Origin: an uncultured Candidatus Binatia bacterium
GTDB taxonomy: Bacteria; Desulfobacterota; Binatia; UBA9968; JAJDTQ01
NCBI GenBank assembly: GCA_965215605.1
Contig: OZ244070.1
Span: 32,001-96,000, forward strand
Direction: 5' to 3'
DNA length: 64,000 bases
Below are positions 18,904 to 30,655 of this stretch, one piece after another. The stretch's first letter is position 1. Each line of letters starts with the position of its first letter. A program made the translations under genes and the position numbers. Below the pieces are notes generated by a model. That model was not told where the DNA came from. It was given only the letters and a program-made list of their open reading frames with translations, and did not search any database.

Positions 18904-20040
18904 ATGATCGAAGCACCGTTTCCCCAAGCAGAGTACGAGTCACGGCACCAGCAGTTGCAGCGGCTCATGGAGCGGGACGAACTGGACCTCATCGTGGCCT
19001 CGGGCCGCGACAACTTCTGGTACTTCACCGGCCTCGTCAGCTACCAGTTCGACCACCTGATGCGGCCCGAGATCTGCTTCATCCCCAAGGAGGGCAAGCC
19101 CTTCGCGCTGGTGTACGGCAACAACAAGACCAAGGCCGAGGCGCTGCCGTGGTTCGGCGAAGTGCGGAGCTACGTGGACGTGCCCTTTCCGCGGGAAATG
19201 CTGAGCGACATCCTGAACGACATGGGCTACGGCGCCGCGAAGCTGGGGTTCGAACTCGACGACGACCAGCGGCTGGGCTTCCCGGTGAACTATCTCACCC
19301 AGCTCACCGAGGCGCTGCCCAAGGCCAAGATCGAGGACGGCTCCGCTGCCCTCACCGATCAGCGTCTCTACAAGAGCCCGCGGGAGATGGAGAACATGCG
19401 CAAGGCCTGCGACATCTCGGTAAGCGCCTTCGACCGCATCCTGCCGGACCTGAAGGCCGGGGTGACCCGCCGGGAGGTGGCCGAACGCCTCTACATCGCC
19501 ATGACCCAGGAAGGCGCCCATCCGCGCCATCCCGGCTTCCTCATGCTGAATGCCTCCACCAAGTACGACGACCGCCGCTACGAGAAGGGCGACCGCCTGA
19601 TCGCCGACTTCGGCGCCTGCTACGAGGGCTACTACGGCGACATCACGCGCCAGGCGATCTTCGGCGCGCCGAGCGCGGATCAGACCAAGGAGCATGCCTT
19701 GGCGCTGCACCTGATCCAGGAATGCAAGAAGGTGATGAAGCCGGGGACGCCCATCGCCGAGATCCCGCGAGTGGCTAACATCGAGCTCAAGAGGAACGGC
19801 TACCCCGAGGTGGACAGCCCCAAACGCATCGGACACGGCATCGGAATGGCCCGGGCCGAACCCCCGTCCATCAGCGAGGCCGAGGTCCGCAACGTGGAAG
19901 TGGGCATGGTGCTCGCCATCGAGCCGAAGGTGCGCATCCCGGGGGCCTCCATCCACCTGGAAGAGGACGTATTCATCACGGCGGACGGCGCCGAGCCGCT
20001 GACCGCCGGTGCCGAACGGCTCCACGTCATCGAACAATGA
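18904..20040 (+). CDS. M24 (Xaa-Pro peptidase/creatinase-fold) protein
   Basis: Metal ligands in DFGA..GYYGDITR, GHGIG, AIEP, LEED. Confidence 0.85.
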   Translation: MIEAPFPQAEYESRHQQLQRLMERDELDLIVASGRDNFWYFTGLVSYQFDHLMRPEICFIPKEGKPFALVYGNNKTKAEALPWFGEVRSYVDVPFPREMLSDILNDMGYGAAKLGFELDDDQRLGFPVNYLTQLTEALPKAKIEDGSAALTDQRLYKSPREMENMRKACDISVSAFDRILPDLKAGVTRREVAERLYIAMTQEGAHPRHPGFLMLNASTKYDDRRYEKGDRLIADFGACYEGYYGDITRQAIFGAPSADQTKEHALALHLIQECKKVMKPGTPIAEIPRVANIELKRNGYPEVDSPKRIGHGIGMARAEPPSISEAEVRNVEVGMVLAIEPKVRIPGASIHLEEDVFITADGAEPLTAGAERLHVIEQ

Positions 20041-20080
20041 GGCGGCCGGGCCGCAGGGCCCGCGATAGCCGGGGAACGCC

Positions 20081-21067
20081 ATGGCCAACGGAATCCTATA
20101 TCTGTCCAACGACGACGTGAAGCGCCTGCTCGACCTGGGCAAGGCCATCGACATCGTCAAGTCCGCATTGCAGGACCACAGCGCCGGACGCGTAGGCTGG
20201 TCCGTTCCGGAAGATCTCGCGGTCAAGCCCGAGCAAGGCTGGCAGTACTGGGTGACCGGCTGCTCCCTGGACGCCGCCGCCGGGTTCCGCTTCCGCGCCA
20301 TCAAGGCCGCGGGCGGCAGCCGCGACCCCTCACGGCCGCCCCAGGGCCCCCGGCGCATCCTCATCCTGAGCGATCGCCAGGGCGGCGAGGTCACCGCCAT
20401 CATGGACGAGGACTGGTGCCACTCCGTCAGGACCGGCGCCGCCGCCACCGTGGCCTGCCAGAGCCTCTCGCGCCGGGGCGCGTCGGTGATGGCCATGCTC
20501 GGGGTCGGCGACACGGCCCGGGCCACCGTGCCGGTCATGGCGCGGGCCTTCAACCTCTCCGAGGTGCGGGTGCTGTCCCGCCGCCCCGAGACCCGGGAGG
20601 CCTTCGCCCGGGAGGTCGGCGAAGAGTTGGATCTGAACATCGTCCCCTGCGACACCGCCCCGCGGGCGCTGGCCGGCGCCGACCTGGTGGTCTCCGCCAC
20701 CACCACCTCCGAGCCCTTCGTCAAGCAGGAATGGATCTCCGAAGGGGCCTTCGTCTACTCCATCGGCAAGCATCAGGAACTGGAGAACGCCGCCTACAAG
20801 GGCATGGGAAAGTTCGTTGTGGATAGTTGGGCCCAGTGCAAGAAGAAGTCGGACATCGACCGGATGCTCAAGGAAGGCTTCCTCACCGCCGATGATGTCT
20901 ATGCCGAGATTCCCGACGTCCTGTCGGGAAAGGTACCCGGCCGGGAGGACGACCAGGAACGGATTTTCATGCGCGCCATCGGCCTGGTGAACCAGGACAT
21001 CTCGCTGGCCGCGTGGCTGTACCGGAAAGCCTTGGAGGAAGGCGCCGGAACCCGGCTGCCCTACTGA
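20081..21067 (+). CDS. Ornithine cyclodeaminase/mu-crystallin family protein
   Basis: VRTGAAA, MLGVGDTA, GREDDQERIF..IGLVNQD. Confidence 0.85.
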   Translation: MANGILYLSNDDVKRLLDLGKAIDIVKSALQDHSAGRVGWSVPEDLAVKPEQGWQYWVTGCSLDAAAGFRFRAIKAAGGSRDPSRPPQGPRRILILSDRQGGEVTAIMDEDWCHSVRTGAAATVACQSLSRRGASVMAMLGVGDTARATVPVMARAFNLSEVRVLSRRPETREAFAREVGEELDLNIVPCDTAPRALAGADLVVSATTTSEPFVKQEWISEGAFVYSIGKHQELENAAYKGMGKFVVDSWAQCKKKSDIDRMLKEGFLTADDVYAEIPDVLSGKVPGREDDQERIFMRAIGLVNQDISLAAWLYRKALEEGAGTRLPY

Positions 21068-21085
21068 ACCATCGCTCCGCCAGCC

Positions 21086-21773
21086 ATGGACATCTTCCTC
21101 CTCATGGGCCAGTCCAACATGGCCGGCCGCGGGCTCCTGGAAGACGTGGAGCCCATCCGCGACGAAGCGCATCCGCGTGTTCCAGGACGGCCGCTGGGTC
21201 GTCGCCGAAGAGCCGTTACACCATGACCGACCCACCGCCGGCATCGGCCTGGCCATGAGCTTCGCCCGCGCGGTGCTGGCCGCAGGCCCGGACCGGGAAA
21301 TCGGCTTGATGCCCCGGGCCGTGGGCTCCACGCCTCTCGAACGCTGGATGCCCGGCGCCGACCTCCATGAAGGCGCCATGGCCGCCGCTCGCGAGGTCGC
21401 CGGGGACGGCGCCATCAAGGCCGTGCTGTGGCACCAGGGAGAGCACGACTCCAAGTCAGAAACCGACGCCTCCAGTTACCTCCAGCGGTTCAGCGTCATG
21501 GTGGCCAGGTTGAGAGAGCAACTCGACGCCCCTTTTCTGCCGGTGATCGTGGGAGAGCTGGGAGGCTATCTTTCGAAACGTGCCGATTTCCCGCACTACC
21601 GGATCGTGAACGCGGAACTGCGCAAGGTCCCGGAAACCGTTCCCCACAGCGCCTTCGTCAACGCCCAAGGCCTCACCGACAAGGGCGACCGCCTGCACTA
21701 CGACGCCCGGTCGCTGAGGGTCTTCGGGGAGCGGTATGCTGACGCCTACCGGAAGCTGCAGGACGGTCCGTAA
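21086..21773 (+). pseudogene. Sialate O-acetylesterase/CE6 (SASA) family esterase, frameshifted near 21165
   Basis: ATG 21086 gives MDIFLLMGQSNMAGRG. One extra base in GACGAAGCGC shifts the frame; the rest (EPLHHD, LWHQGEHD, DRLHYD) is in ORF 21177..21773. Confidence 0.75.
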
Positions 21774-21846
21774 ATCCTTGTGCCGCATAGGGAGATCCCG
21801 GAACGGCGGACGGGCCGGGGGGCGCGCGCACGACGGGCGGAAAGCC

Positions 21847-22823
21847 ATGAGATGGATGATCGGACTGGCCGCGGGCCTGGTGTTGGTCGTCGGCGCGGCA
21901 CAGGTGGCGCACCCGGGCGAGCGCTGGAAGATGCCGACGGCCCATGCGGAGACCAACTACCACACCGAGAACGCCAGACTCTTCGCCGAGGCGGTGGGCA
22001 TCTGCACCGGCGGCGCGCTGGAGATCACGGTTCACGCCAACGGAACACTCTACAAGGGCGACGAGATCAAGCGCGCGGTAGAGACCGGCCGGGCGGCCAT
22101 CGGCGAGCGCTTTCTGAGCGCGCACCAGGGCGAGAACGCCGTGTTCGGCTTCGACTCGGTACCCTTCCTGGCGACGTCCTTCGAGGCGTCCGAGCGACTC
22201 TGGCAGGCGGCCAAGGAACGGCTTGCCCAGGTTCTGGCCGGCCAGAACCTGGTGCTGCTGTACTCGGTGCCCTGGCCGCCGCAGGGGATGTACTTCAAGC
22301 GCGCCATCGAGAGCGTCGCCGACATGAAAGGGATCCGGTTCCGCGCCAACAACGAGGCGACCGCGAGGTTCGCGGCCCACGCCGGGATGCCGGCGGTGCA
22401 GCTCGAGGCGGCGAAGTTGCGGGCGGCGCTGGCGGACGGCAGGGCGGAGGCCTTCATCTCCTCGGGCGCCACCGGTTACGACCGCCAGGTCTGGGACTAT
22501 GTGAGCCACTTCTACGACGTCCGTGCGTGGATACCGCGCAACTACGTGTTCGCCAACAAGGACGCCTTCGCGGCGCTCGCCGCAGGCGCCCGAAACTGCC
22601 TGCGGGCGACGGCGCTGCTGGCGGAGGCGGCGGGAACGACGCGCGCCCGCGAGCTACCGACTGGTACCCGGCGCAACTGGCCGCCAACGGCATGAGCGTG
22701 CAGGCACCGGGTGAGCGGCTCGCCGCCGACCTCGCGGCCATCGGCGCCACCATGGCGGCCGAGTGGGCGAAAGCCGCAGGCGCCCAAGGCGCCGCGATCA
22801 TCGCCGCCTTCAAAGCCGAGTAG
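21847..22823 (+). pseudogene. TRAP transporter substrate-binding protein (DctP-like), frameshift near 22655
   Basis: Signal peptide MRWMIGLAAGL, DSVPFLA, PWPPQG. The C-terminus (TDWY..QLAANGMSV...AEWAKAAG) continues in another frame to 22823. Confidence 0.7.
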
Positions 22824-22830
22824 CGTTGTC

Positions 22831-23757
22831 CTATCCACCGGCCGGCCCTCTTGTCTGAGCCATCCGGTTCAAGCCAAGCACCAACAGGAATCCAAGGACA
22901 CACAAACCCGCCGCCAGCCAGAAGGCGCCGTCCACCGCCGGCAGCACGTTGATTTCCCCGAAGGCCGACCCCTCGCCCTGCCCCGGCACCGCCGCCTTGA
23001 ACGGCCAGATCTTCCGCAGCGAACCGGCCATGAAGCCGATGAGGAGCGCGAGGGTGATCTGGTGGTGCCGGCGCAGCAGCCAGCTCAGGACCCGCACGAA
23101 CGGCAGGATGCCGCATATCGCGCCCTTGGCAAGCGGCAGGATGGCGAGGAAGTCCCGGTCATGGACGGCGTCGATGGCGAACTCGTACTGGCCCAGGAGC
23201 AGAAGGATGAAGGAGCCGGAGAGGCCGGGCAGCATCATGGCCGTGATGGCGGCGGCCCCGCTCAGGAAGAGCGTCACGGCATCGTGGGGCATTTCCGCGG
23301 GGACCAGGCCCACCAGCCCCCAGGCGGCCGCCGTGCCCAGCAGCAGGCACAGCACGGCGGTCACGGACCAGCGCAACCGGGCGGCCACGGTCACGATGCT
23401 GGCCAGGACCAGGCCGAGGAAGAAGGCGAACAGCGGCACCGGGTGATGGTCCAGCAGCCAGCCGACGGGGCCGGCCAGCAGCAGGACGGCGGCGGCGATG
23501 CCGGCGCCGAGCACGGCCAGGAACCGCCAGGGAACGGCGGCCACCGCCTCGCGGAAGCGCAGGCGCACCAGCATGAGCAGCAGCCGCCAGTTGAAGGCCT
23601 TGAGGGCGTCCACGAGCTCGCCGTAGATGCCCATGATGAAGGCCATGGTGCCGCCCGAGACGCCGGGGACGACATCGGCGGCGCCCATGGTCAGGCCGGA
23701 GACGGCGACGTAGAGGTAATGCTTCAGCCCGCGGGGCGGGCGGTTGGTGGCGGCCAC
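22831..23757 (-). CDS. DUF368 membrane protein (putative undecaprenyl-phosphate translocase)
   Basis: MGAADVVPGVSGGTMA and AMMLPGLSGSFILLLLG repeats. Confidence 0.9.
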   Translation of the reverse strand: MAATNRPPRGLKHYLYVAVSGLTMGAADVVPGVSGGTMAFIMGIYGELVDALKAFNWRLLLMLVRLRFREAVAAVPWRFLAVLGAGIAAAVLLLAGPVGWLLDHHPVPLFAFFLGLVLASIVTVAARLRWSVTAVLCLLLGTAAAWGLVGLVPAEMPHDAVTLFLSGAAAITAMMLPGLSGSFILLLLGQYEFAIDAVHDRDFLAILPLAKGAICGILPFVRVLSWLLRRHHQITLALLIGFMAGSLRKIWPFKAAVPGQGEGSAFGEINVLPAVDGAFWLAAGLCVLGFLLVLGLNRMAQTRGPAGG

Positions 23758-23764
23758 GCTGCCG

Positions 23765-24730
23765 TTACAGCCCCAGCGCTGCCTGCTTTTCGTTCCACGC
23801 GGCCATCAACTCCTCCTTCTCTTCCCCCATGTGGTCGATGGCCTGGGCGACGATGTCGACTCCCACGAGATCGGACCAGCCCTTGAGCAGCCGCAGGGTC
23901 ACGGGGCCGGGCGCGTCATACGGAAAGCCGACGCCGTTGATGCTCCTGATGGGCACGATGGTGGGGCTGGTGCTGGTGAGGAAGGCCTCGTCGGCGTTGA
24001 TGCAGTCGTAGGGCGTCAGGTTGGTCTCCTCCACCTCCATGTCCAACCTGTCCGACAGCTCCCCGAGCACCGCGCGGGTGATGCCGCCGAGGACGTTCTT
24101 GGAGCCCGGCGTGTAGACCTTCCCGCCGACCACCGCGAAGAAGTTGTGAGCGTTGCTCTCGGCGATGTTGCCGTCAAGGTCCAGCATCAGCGGGATGGCT
24201 TTGGGGTCCGCCTGCCGGGCCTCGAAGGTGGCGATGATGTGGTTCATCTTGTTGGTGATCTTGGCCTTGGACTCCAGGCACTGGGGCGGAATGCGCCGGG
24301 TGGCAGGCACGATGATGGTGACGCCCTCGACGTAGTGCCGGCAGAACCCGGTGAAGTCCACGTCCATGCAGTAGATGGCCACGGTGGCGTGATTGTTCTG
24401 GCGGGGGCCCGTGGAAGAGCGCGGACCCCGGCTGATCACCTGCCAGATGGCATAGTCGTCGTCGGGGGCCAGCAGGTCCCTGTTGCGCTCGAGCACTTCC
24501 AGCGCCGCCTCCTCCATCTCCTCCTGCGACATGCCGCAGTCGATGCGGGTGTACTTCAGGGAGCGGTACAGGCGGTCGTTGTGCTCCTTGAGCTTGAACG
24601 GCTTGTGCCGGAAGGTGCGGGTCACGTCGTAGACGCCGTCGCCGGCGTGGAAGCCCATGTCGAGAACGGATACCTTGGCCTCGCTCTCGGGCACGAAGCT
24701 GCCGTTCAAATAGACGATCTTCTCATGCAT
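23765..24730 (-). CDS. Class IV PLP aminotransferase (branched-chain/D-amino acid type)
   Basis: GDGVYDVTRT, KAKITN, GNIAE...NFF, LGGITR, ADEAFLTST. Confidence 0.88.
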   Translation of the reverse strand: MHEKIVYLNGSFVPESEAKVSVLDMGFHAGDGVYDVTRTFRHKPFKLKEHNDRLYRSLKYTRIDCGMSQEEMEEAALEVLERNRDLLAPDDDYAIWQVISRGPRSSTGPRQNNHATVAIYCMDVDFTGFCRHYVEGVTIIVPATRRIPPQCLESKAKITNKMNHIIATFEARQADPKAIPLMLDLDGNIAESNAHNFFAVVGGKVYTPGSKNVLGGITRAVLGELSDRLDMEVEETNLTPYDCINADEAFLTSTSPTIVPIRSINGVGFPYDAPGPVTLRLLKGWSDLVGVDIVAQAIDHMGEEKEELMAAWNEKQAALGL

Positions 24731-24744
24731 CACGGTTCCTCCAT

Positions 24745-24819
24745 CGCGGGATTCACGGCCGACAAGGGAATCTACTACGAAACGGCGGGCCGGTCCATTT
24801 GCCGCGGGATTCACGGCCG
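24745..24819. repeat. Exact 17-bp direct repeat CGCGGGATTCACGGCCG (24745-24761, 24803-24819)
   Basis: Read directly; lies in the divergent intergenic region between the aminotransferase and galE. Confidence 0.8.
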
Positions 24820-24902
24820 GGCCGGCTGGTGTCCTGTCACGGGAATGGCTAAGATGGAACCTATCAGTTTGTTGCCATCAGCCAACGGAAGCCTCGTCCT
24901 TC

Positions 24903-25916
24903 ATGCGGGTCCTCGTCACCGGCGGCGCCGGTTATATCGGAAGTCACATCTGCCTCGAGCTGCTGGAGGCCGGCCACGACGTCACCGTGGTGGACAACCT
25001 GGCCAACGGCAAGCGGGAGGCCCTGCGGCGCGTGGAGACGCTGGCACAACGGCCGCTGGAGCTCTTCACCGCCGACCTCAACCACAAGGACGACCTGTCC
25101 GCCGCCTTCGCCGGACCGGGCATCGGCGCCGTGATCCACTGCGCCGGGCTCAAGGCGGTGGCGGAATCGGTGACCGAGCCGCTGCGATACTACGCCAACA
25201 ACGTGGCCGGGACCGTCACGCTGTGCGAAACCATGCAGCGGCACGGCGTCGGCCGTCTCGTCTTCAGCTCGTCCTGTACCGTCTATGGGGACGCCGCGAC
25301 GGTCCCCATCACCGAAGAACTGCCGCCGGCGCCGGTGAACCCGTACGGCCGCACCAAGAGGATGGTCGAGCAGCTCCTTGCCGACCTTCAGGGCGCCGAT
25401 CCCGCCTGGGACATCACGTTGCTGCGCTACTTCAATCCCGCCGGGGCCCATGCCAGCGGCCGGATCGGCGAGGACCCGGCGGGGGTCCCCGACAACCTCT
25501 TCGCCTACATCGCCCAGGTGGCCGTGGGGCGACGCCCGGAGCTGCGGGTCTTCGGCAACGACTACCCGACGCCGGACGGCACCGGCGTGCGAGACTACAT
25601 CCACGTGGTGGATTTGGCGTTGGCTCACGTCCGGGCGCTGGAAGCCGAGGGCGAGGCCGGGTTGCGCGTCTACAACCTGGGAACCGGACGGGGCTACAGC
25701 GTTCTGGAGGTGGTGGACGCCTTCGAGAGCGCATCCGGCCGGAAGATCCCGTACGTCATCGCGCCGCGCCGTCCCGGAGACGTGGCCCGGGCCTACGCGG
25801 ACCCGTCCAAGGCCCACGCCGAACTGGGCTGGCGCGCCCGGCGCGACCTCCACGAGATGTGCCGCGACGCCTGGCGATGGCAGTCGCGGAACCCGGACGG
25901 CTATCCGCATCCTTGA
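24903..25916 (+). CDS. galE: UDP-glucose 4-epimerase
   Basis: [41 protein letters not shown]. Confidence 0.95.
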   Translation: MRVLVTGGAGYIGSHICLELLEAGHDVTVVDNLANGKREALRRVETLAQRPLELFTADLNHKDDLSAAFAGPGIGAVIHCAGLKAVAESVTEPLRYYANNVAGTVTLCETMQRHGVGRLVFSSSCTVYGDAATVPITEELPPAPVNPYGRTKRMVEQLLADLQGADPAWDITLLRYFNPAGAHASGRIGEDPAGVPDNLFAYIAQVAVGRRPELRVFGNDYPTPDGTGVRDYIHVVDLALAHVRALEAEGEAGLRVYNLGTGRGYSVLEVVDAFESASGRKIPYVIAPRRPGDVARAYADPSKAHAELGWRARRDLHEMCRDAWRWQSRNPDGYPHP

Positions 25917-26028
25917 ACGCCGGCCGAAAGAAGGCCGCGAAGGCCCGAATGAATTGACAAGGGGTGCCCTGGACGCCACACTGAAACAGTGGGCTAGAAT
26001 GAAAAGAAGGGACCGGAGGAAAGCACTC

Positions 26029-26988
26029 ATGCTGATCAAGAGGCCCGACGACATCAAGAGCAGCGAGATCACCGACAAGAAACTGTATCTCAACCGGCGC
26101 CAGTTCATTCGCACCGCGTCGCTGGGAGCCGCCGGTCTGGGCTCGGGCCTGCTGGTCCCTGGCCTGTTCGGATCCATGGACGAGGCGCTGGCGGCCACGA
26201 AGCTCGAGGGTTTCACCACGGGCAAGTTTGCCACGGACGAGCCCAAGACCCCGCTCAAGGACATCACCAGCTATAACAACTTCTACGAGTTCGGCACCGA
26301 CAAAGGGGACCCGAAACGAAATTCCGGGAGCCTCAAGACCCGGCCCTGGACCGTGGCGGTGGAGGGCGAGGTCAACAAGCCCAGGACCTTCGACATCGAG
26401 GAGCTGCTGAAGATGCCGCTGGAGGAGCGGGTCTACCGGCTCCGGTGCGTCGAGGCATGGTCCATGGTGATTCCCTGGATCGGGTTCGAGCTGCAACACC
26501 TGATCAAGGCGGTGGAGCCCACCAACAACGCCAAGTACCTCCAGTTCGTCACCCTCCACGACCCCGAGCAGATGCCCGGGCAGCGCCGGGGATTCCTGGA
26601 CTGGCCCTATGTCGAGGGCTTGCGCATGGACGAGGCCATGAACCCGCTCACGATCATGGGGGTGGGACTCTACGGCGAGGTGATGCCCAACCAGAACGGC
26701 GCGCCCATCCGCCTCGTGGCGCCGTGGAAGTACGGCTTCAAGAGCGCCAAGTCCATCGTCAAGATCCGCTTCGTGGAGAAGGAACCGGCGACGGCATGGA
26801 ACGTTGCCGCCCCTCAGGAGTACGGCTTCTATTCCAACGTGAACCCCACCGTGAACCATCCCCGCTGGAGCCAGGCAAGCGAGCGGCGCATCGGGGACTT
26901 CTTCAGGCGCAAGACACTGATGTTCAACGGGTACGAGGAACAGGTGGCCCACCTGTATAAGGGGATGGACCTGAAGAAACTATACTGA
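26029..26988 (+). CDS. msrP: Protein-methionine-sulfoxide reductase catalytic subunit
   Basis: Tat motif [45 protein letters not shown]. Confidence 0.95.
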   Translation: MLIKRPDDIKSSEITDKKLYLNRRQFIRTASLGAAGLGSGLLVPGLFGSMDEALAATKLEGFTTGKFATDEPKTPLKDITSYNNFYEFGTDKGDPKRNSGSLKTRPWTVAVEGEVNKPRTFDIEELLKMPLEERVYRLRCVEAWSMVIPWIGFELQHLIKAVEPTNNAKYLQFVTLHDPEQMPGQRRGFLDWPYVEGLRMDEAMNPLTIMGVGLYGEVMPNQNGAPIRLVAPWKYGFKSAKSIVKIRFVEKEPATAWNVAAPQEYGFYSNVNPTVNHPRWSQASERRIGDFFRRKTLMFNGYEEQVAHLYKGMDLKKLY

Positions 26989-26989
26989 C

Positions 26990-27610
26990 GTGGCCTGGAT
27001 CAAGTCCTTCACCTGGATCAAGATTCTCGTTTTCGCCGCGTCGCTGGTCCCGGCGGCGCGGCTCGTGGTCGGGCTCTTCACCGGCGGGCTCGGCGCCAAC
27101 CCGGTGGAGTTCATCACCCACACCACCGGCACCTTTGCGCTGGTGTTCCTGATGATCACGCTGGCGGTGACGCCGCTCCGGCGCGTCACCGGGTACGGAA
27201 GCCTGATCCGGCTGCGGCGCATGCTGGGTCTGTTCGCCTTCTTCTACACTGTCCTGCATCTCTCCACCTTCGTTGTGCTGGACCACTTCTTCGACCCCGC
27301 CGCGATCCTGCAGGACGTCGTCAAGCGGCCGTACATCACCGCGGGCTCCGTCGGCTTTCTTCTGATGGTGCCGCTGGCCGCCACCTCCACCGCCGGCATG
27401 ATCCGCCGGCTCGGCGGCCGCCGCTGGCAGCAGCTCCACCGCCTGGTGTACTTCTCGGCCATCGCCGGGGTGGTGCACTTCCTCTGGCTGGTGAAGGCCG
27501 ACCTGCGGGAGCCCCTCATCTTTGCCGGGGTGCTGGCGGTGCTGCTGGGCTACCGCATCGCGGTCTGGCGCGACGCGCCGTGGGCGAAGAAGCGCGCGGC
27601 CCGCGCGTGA
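26990..27610 (+). CDS. msrQ: Protein-methionine-sulfoxide reductase heme subunit
   Basis: RRMLGLFAFFY..LH, KRPYIT.G, WQQLHRLVY; follows msrP. Confidence 0.93.
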   Translation: MAWIKSFTWIKILVFAASLVPAARLVVGLFTGGLGANPVEFITHTTGTFALVFLMITLAVTPLRRVTGYGSLIRLRRMLGLFAFFYTVLHLSTFVVLDHFFDPAAILQDVVKRPYITAGSVGFLLMVPLAATSTAGMIRRLGGRRWQQLHRLVYFSAIAGVVHFLWLVKADLREPLIFAGVLAVLLGYRIAVWRDAPWAKKRAARA

Positions 27611-27762
27611 TTTGACATGAACGCGGCCTCCCCGTTATAAACTTCCGCTGCACAGTTCCAAGGCGCGGTCGTCCCCTCGGCCGCGCTTTCCACTAAGTGG
27701 CCGCGATCAGGCGCCCGGACAAACTCGGGGCACGATCCGGACACAACGAAGAGACTCACGCC

Positions 27763-28236
27763 ATGAAACAAACGGTTCGCGTCACCGTCAACGGACGGTT
27801 GTACGAGGAGGAAATCGAGCCGCGCCAGCTCCTTTCCTATTTTCTGCGGGAGACCATCGGCCTCACCGGCACCCACATCGGCTGCATCGTCGGCGAGTGC
27901 GGCGCCTGCACCGTGCAGGTGGACGGCACGCTGGTGAAATCGTGCCTGATGTTCGCGGTGCAGGCCAACGGCAAGGAGATCACCACCATCGAGGGCCTGG
28001 CCGAGGGCGACACGCTGCACCCGGTGCAGGAGGCCTTCATCAACAACTACGGCTTCCAGTGCGGCTACTGCACGCCGGGCATGATCATGGCGGCGGACTC
28101 TCTGTTGAAGAAGAACCCGGACCCCAGCGAAGAGGAGATCCGCGAGGGGCTGGCGGGAAATCTATGCATGTGCACCGGGTACATGCAGATCGTTGCGGCT
28201 GTAAGGGAAGCCGCGGGGCAGGTCAACCATGGCTAG
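27763..28236 (+). CDS. (2Fe-2S) small subunit of xanthine dehydrogenase/CoxS family
   Basis: [27 protein letters not shown]. Confidence 0.92.
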   Translation: MKQTVRVTVNGRLYEEEIEPRQLLSYFLRETIGLTGTHIGCIVGECGACTVQVDGTLVKSCLMFAVQANGKEITTIEGLAEGDTLHPVQEAFINNYGFQCGYCTPGMIMAADSLLKKNPDPSEEEIREGLAGNLCMCTGYMQIVAAVREAAGQVNHG

Positions 28237-30655
28237 CGCCAATCCAAACGAATACGTGGGCCTTGCCACGCGAAGCAAGGAAGGGCCGCGGCTCGCCACC
28301 GGACAGGGTCGGTACACCGACGACTTCACCGAGCCCGGCATGCTGCAGGCGGTGTTTCTCCGGAGTCCCCACGCGCACGCACGCATTCTCGGGGTGGACG
28401 CCCAGGCCGCCCTGAGCCGTCCGGACGTGTTCGCGGTGGTGACGCCCGAGGACATGAAGCGGGACACCAAGCCGTTCCGGCCGGGCCGTTATGCCGCCGG
28501 CCTCAAGAAGCCGGTGGAGGAGTACGCCGGAGCGGTGGACAAGGTGCGCTACGTGGGCGAGCCCGTGGGCGCGGTGGCGGCCAGGGACCGCAGCACCGCG
28601 GAGGACGTTCTCGAATCCATCACCGTGGACTACGACATCCTCCCCGCCAACACCGACGTCCACCAGGCCATGGCCGGCGAGGACGCCTCGGTCATCTATG
28701 AGGAACTCGGCGCCAACCTGGCCTGGCAGGGGACCCTGGAATACGGCGACACGGAGAAAGCTTTCCGGCAAGCCGACCGGGTGGTGCAGGAGAACCTCAA
28801 GATCCACCGCTACAGTTCCACGCCGCTGGAGCCGCTGGCGTGCATCGCCTCCTTCGACCGCTTCAGCAAGAAGCTCACCGTCCGCACCAACACCCAGGTG
28901 CCCGAGAACATCTACGACGCGCTGCGGGACGCCTTGGGCCTGGACGACATCCGGGTCATCATCCCGGACATCGGCGGCGGCTTCGGGCAGAAGATCCATC
29001 TGATCCGCAAGTACGTGGTGATCGTAGCGCTCCTGGCCATCAAGTCGGGCCGGCCGGTGAAGTGGATCGAGGACCGGAACGAGCACATGATGGCCGCGGG
29101 CCACGCGTGCGAGCAGCACTTCGACGTCGAGGCCGCGGTGAAGAACGACGGCACCGTCACCGGGCTCCGCTTCAAGGAGATCGATGACGTCGGCGGCTCC
29201 GTGAGCACGCTGACCATCCACTTCACCAACAAGCTCAACAACCTGAGCAACACCTACAAGGTCCAGAACATCCGCGCGGACGGCTACTCGGTGGTCACCA
29301 ACCGCTGTCCGGTGATCCCCAACCGGGGCATCGGGAAGCCGGGCATGTGCTACATCTGGGAGCGCATCATCGACCGGGTGGCCCAGGACCTGGACATGGA
29401 TCCCTCGGAGGTGCGCTTCAGGAACTTGGTGCAGCCGGAACAGATGCCCTACACCACGCCCAACGGCAACGTCTACGACAGCGGCGACTACCCGGGCCTG
29501 CTGAAACGGGCGCTGGAGAAGGTGGACTACCCGGCCCTCAAGGAAGAGCAGGCGCGGGAACGCGAGAACGGCCGCTACCTCGGCATCGGCGTGGTCATCG
29601 GGGTGGAACCCGGCGGCCGGAACGCCGCCCGCGACATGGCCATCTTCCCCGAGATGAAGGAGACGCCGGGCTCCGGCGGCATCAACGGCGCCACCATCAA
29701 GCTCGAAAAGAACGGCACCATCGCCCTCTACCTGGGCTCGCCCAACTGCGGGCAGGCCCACGAGACCACCACCGCGCAGGTGGCCGCCGGCATCCTTGGC
29801 GTGAGCCCGGACGTCATCAGCACCACCACGCCCTTCGACAGCGACATCGCGCCCTGGGGCGTGGCCGCGGCCAACAGCGGCAACAACTTCCACCTCTACG
29901 ACATCGGCTCCATCATCGGCGCCGCGACGCAGCTACGGGAGAAGGTGCTCAAGGTGGCCGGCCACATCCTGGACGCGGAGCCGTCGGACCTGGAGATCGC
30001 CGACGGCGTTGTGACCGTTCCGGGGTTCCCGCGGCGGAAGCTCACCTTCGCCGAGCTGGGCAAGGTCGCCTACAACAACCAAGCGCTTCTGCCCGAGGGC
30101 ATCGACGCCGGGCTGCAGACCACCTTCTACTACACCTTCCCGCACGCGCAGCCCAACATGGTGCCGGGCAAGGACGGCAGGGTGCGGGCCCAGTTCACCT
30201 TCGGCGCCGGCGCCCACGTGGCGGTGGTGGAAGTGGACCCGCGAACCGGCAAGGTCGAGGTGCTGCGCTATCTCATCGTGGGCGACAACGGCACCATCAT
30301 CAATCCCGACGTGGTGGACGGACAGATCTACGGCTCGGCGGCCCACGGCATCGCCGTGGCCCTGGGCGAGGGGTTCGTGTACGACGACGAGGGACAGCTC
30401 CTCACCATTACCTTGACCGACTACGGCAAGTGCTCCACCGCCGAGACCCCGGTTATCGAAGTGGAACACCGGCCCTCGCCCTCGGCCTTCACGCCGCTGG
30501 GACAGAAGGCCGCGGGCGAAGGGGCCGCCATCCCCTCCCCCGCCGCCATCGCCAGCGCCGTGGAGAACGCCCTGGAGCCGTTCGGGGTCAAGGTCCGGGA
30601 TTTGCCGCTCACCCCCGAGCGCGTCTGGCAACTGATAAAGGAGACGCAGACATGA
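28229..30655 (+). CDS. Molybdopterin-binding large subunit, xanthine dehydrogenase/CoxL-like family
   Basis: [36 protein letters not shown]. Confidence 0.92.
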   Translation: MASANPNEYVGLATRSKEGPRLATGQGRYTDDFTEPGMLQAVFLRSPHAHARILGVDAQAALSRPDVFAVVTPEDMKRDTKPFRPGRYAAGLKKPVEEYAGAVDKVRYVGEPVGAVAARDRSTAEDVLESITVDYDILPANTDVHQAMAGEDASVIYEELGANLAWQGTLEYGDTEKAFRQADRVVQENLKIHRYSSTPLEPLACIASFDRFSKKLTVRTNTQVPENIYDALRDALGLDDIRVIIPDIGGGFGQKIHLIRKYVVIVALLAIKSGRPVKWIEDRNEHMMAAGHACEQHFDVEAAVKNDGTVTGLRFKEIDDVGGSVSTLTIHFTNKLNNLSNTYKVQNIRADGYSVVTNRCPVIPNRGIGKPGMCYIWERIIDRVAQDLDMDPSEVRFRNLVQPEQMPYTTPNGNVYDSGDYPGLLKRALEKVDYPALKEEQARERENGRYLGIGVVIGVEPGGRNAARDMAIFPEMKETPGSGGINGATIKLEKNGTIALYLGSPNCGQAHETTTAQVAAGILGVSPDVISTTTPFDSDIAPWGVAAANSGNNFHLYDIGSIIGAATQLREKVLKVAGHILDAEPSDLEIADGVVTVPGFPRRKLTFAELGKVAYNNQALLPEGIDAGLQTTFYYTFPHAQPNMVPGKDGRVRAQFTFGAGAHVAVVEVDPRTGKVEVLRYLIVGDNGTIINPDVVDGQIYGSAAHGIAVALGEGFVYDDEGQLLTITLTDYGKCSTAETPVIEVEHRPSPSAFTPLGQKAAGEGAAIPSPAAIASAVENALEPFGVKVRDLPLTPERVWQLIKETQT

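Noticed and set aside
24745-24819. Possible mini-CRISPR (repeat-spacer-repeat)
   Set aside because: Only two 17-bp copies, too short for CRISPR repeats, and no cas genes in the window.
28229-30655. Aerobic CO dehydrogenase coxL
   Set aside because: Lacks AYxCSFR and the M-S-L order of form I; no gene symbol assigned.
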